Shown one piece after another: positions 45,258 through 45,606 of a stretch of DNA of 45,606 bases. Numbering within the stretch: position 1 is the stretch's first letter; each line of letters begins with the position of its first letter. A model generated the notes under the pieces. The model had not been told where the DNA came from. It ran no database searches and was given only the letters and a program-made list of their open reading frames with translations. The DNA lies in the UHGV virus genome UHGV-1352141; one strand, given 5' to 3'. Position numbers and translations under genes: made by a program. This stretch comes from a virus.

Positions 45258-45313
45258 TCATCATTGCAGGGATAAAACTTCTATAGATACTGGTATCACG
45301 ATATTAAATAGTA

Positions 45314-45343
45314 TTGACTAATGATTAATCAAAATTGTATAAT
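45314..45343 (+). promoter_or_regulatory. Strong sigma-70-like promoter TTGACT-18-TATAAT
   Basis: TTGACT at 45314..45319 and TATAAT at 45338..45343, with TG immediately upstream of the -10 box. Confidence 0.6.
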
Positions 45344-45349
45344 TTTTTT

Positions 45350-45424
45350 GGTGGTATTCGCTTACCGCTAACACTAACACCTTTAGGCTGACCGATACTA
45401 GCTTTTCGGTCAGTCTTTTTATTT
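45350..45424 (+). ncRNA. Short terminated transcript of about 65 to 75 nt (sRNA or leader)
   Basis: Begins after the promoter. Ends at terminator CTGACCGA...TCGGTCAG (45388..45413) plus TCTTTTTATTTT. Followed by a 9-codon ORF MVAIKPVYE with a GAGG ribosome-binding site. Confidence 0.35.
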
Positions 45425-45473
45425 TGAGGCAAAATGGTTGCTATAAAACCAGTATATGAATAATATCAAAATA

Positions 45474-45538
45474 GGGATTCCTGATACAGCAAGGTTGAGA
45501 GAGAAACAGAATATGCTGTGGGGAAGATCAGGAATCCC
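45474..45538. repeat. 12-bp perfect inverted repeat GGGATTCCTGAT / ATCAGGAATCCC with a 41-nt spacer, immediately upstream of the tRNA
   Basis: Seen directly. Confidence 0.6.
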
Positions 45539-45585
45539 CAATTTATATTCTAACGCTTTGTATGTTTATCTACAAATGATCTTTC

Positions 45586-45606
45586 GTACCTTTAGCTCAG
45601 TTGGTA
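45586..45606 (+). tRNA. 5' part of a tRNA (acceptor GTACCTT, D-arm TAGCTCAGTTGGTA) cut by the window end. Continues in phase with position 1.
   Basis: Concatenating 45586..45606 with 1..52 gives a complete 73-nt tRNA with a canonical cloverleaf. Confidence 0.75.

Overview
This window looks like a complete temperate siphovirus genome from a low-GC Firmicutes host (Lactobacillales-like), about 45.6 kb. It is not a prophage with visible host flanks. Joining the two window ends (45586..45606 plus 1..52) rebuilds one complete tRNA with a CAT anticodon, so the sequence is probably a circular or circularly permuted genome linearised inside a phage-borne tRNA gene. Gene order from the left: minus-strand cargo next to the tRNA (a SHOCT-domain protein, a frame-broken gene and an orphan YolD-like protein); a candidate attP; a tyrosine integrase; an ImmA/IrrE protease with a CI-like repressor; Cro and an excisionase-like protein; and an inserted IS110-family element. 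The early region follows: Rha antirepressor, YqaJ exonuclease plus RecT, a DnaD-type replisome organiser, a frameshifted MazG, a lipoprotein, and an antisense three-gene cassette with an AP2-domain protein and an HTH regulator. A second complete tyrosine recombinase sits in the middle of the early region, next to a SANT/Myb-like protein and a methyltransferase-like protein. About 2.5 kb of essentially ORF-free DNA then flanks the ArpU-like late activator. A classical late module completes the genome: TerS, TerL, portal, Prp protease, MuF protein, scaffold, major capsid, connectors, major tail, G/T chaperones, a 1552-aa tape measure, Dit-like and Tal proteins, tail fibre, holin and a papain-like endolysin. 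The most unusual content is the ORF-free DNA around ArpU. It holds at least nine tandem, co-varying hairpin units that read as small-RNA genes on the minus strand, each with a TGnTAnnAT -10 box, a structured RNA and an intrinsic terminator. It also holds a type I toxin-antitoxin-like module, with duplicated promoters and a 28-aa hydrophobic peptide whose ribosome-binding site is sequestered in a hairpin. Other points worth checking are a Prp protease with three candidate LQ(F/L)FA cleavage substrates that include the major tail protein, a symmetric candidate attP beside the integrase gene, and a promoter-driven short terminated RNA upstream of the tRNA.
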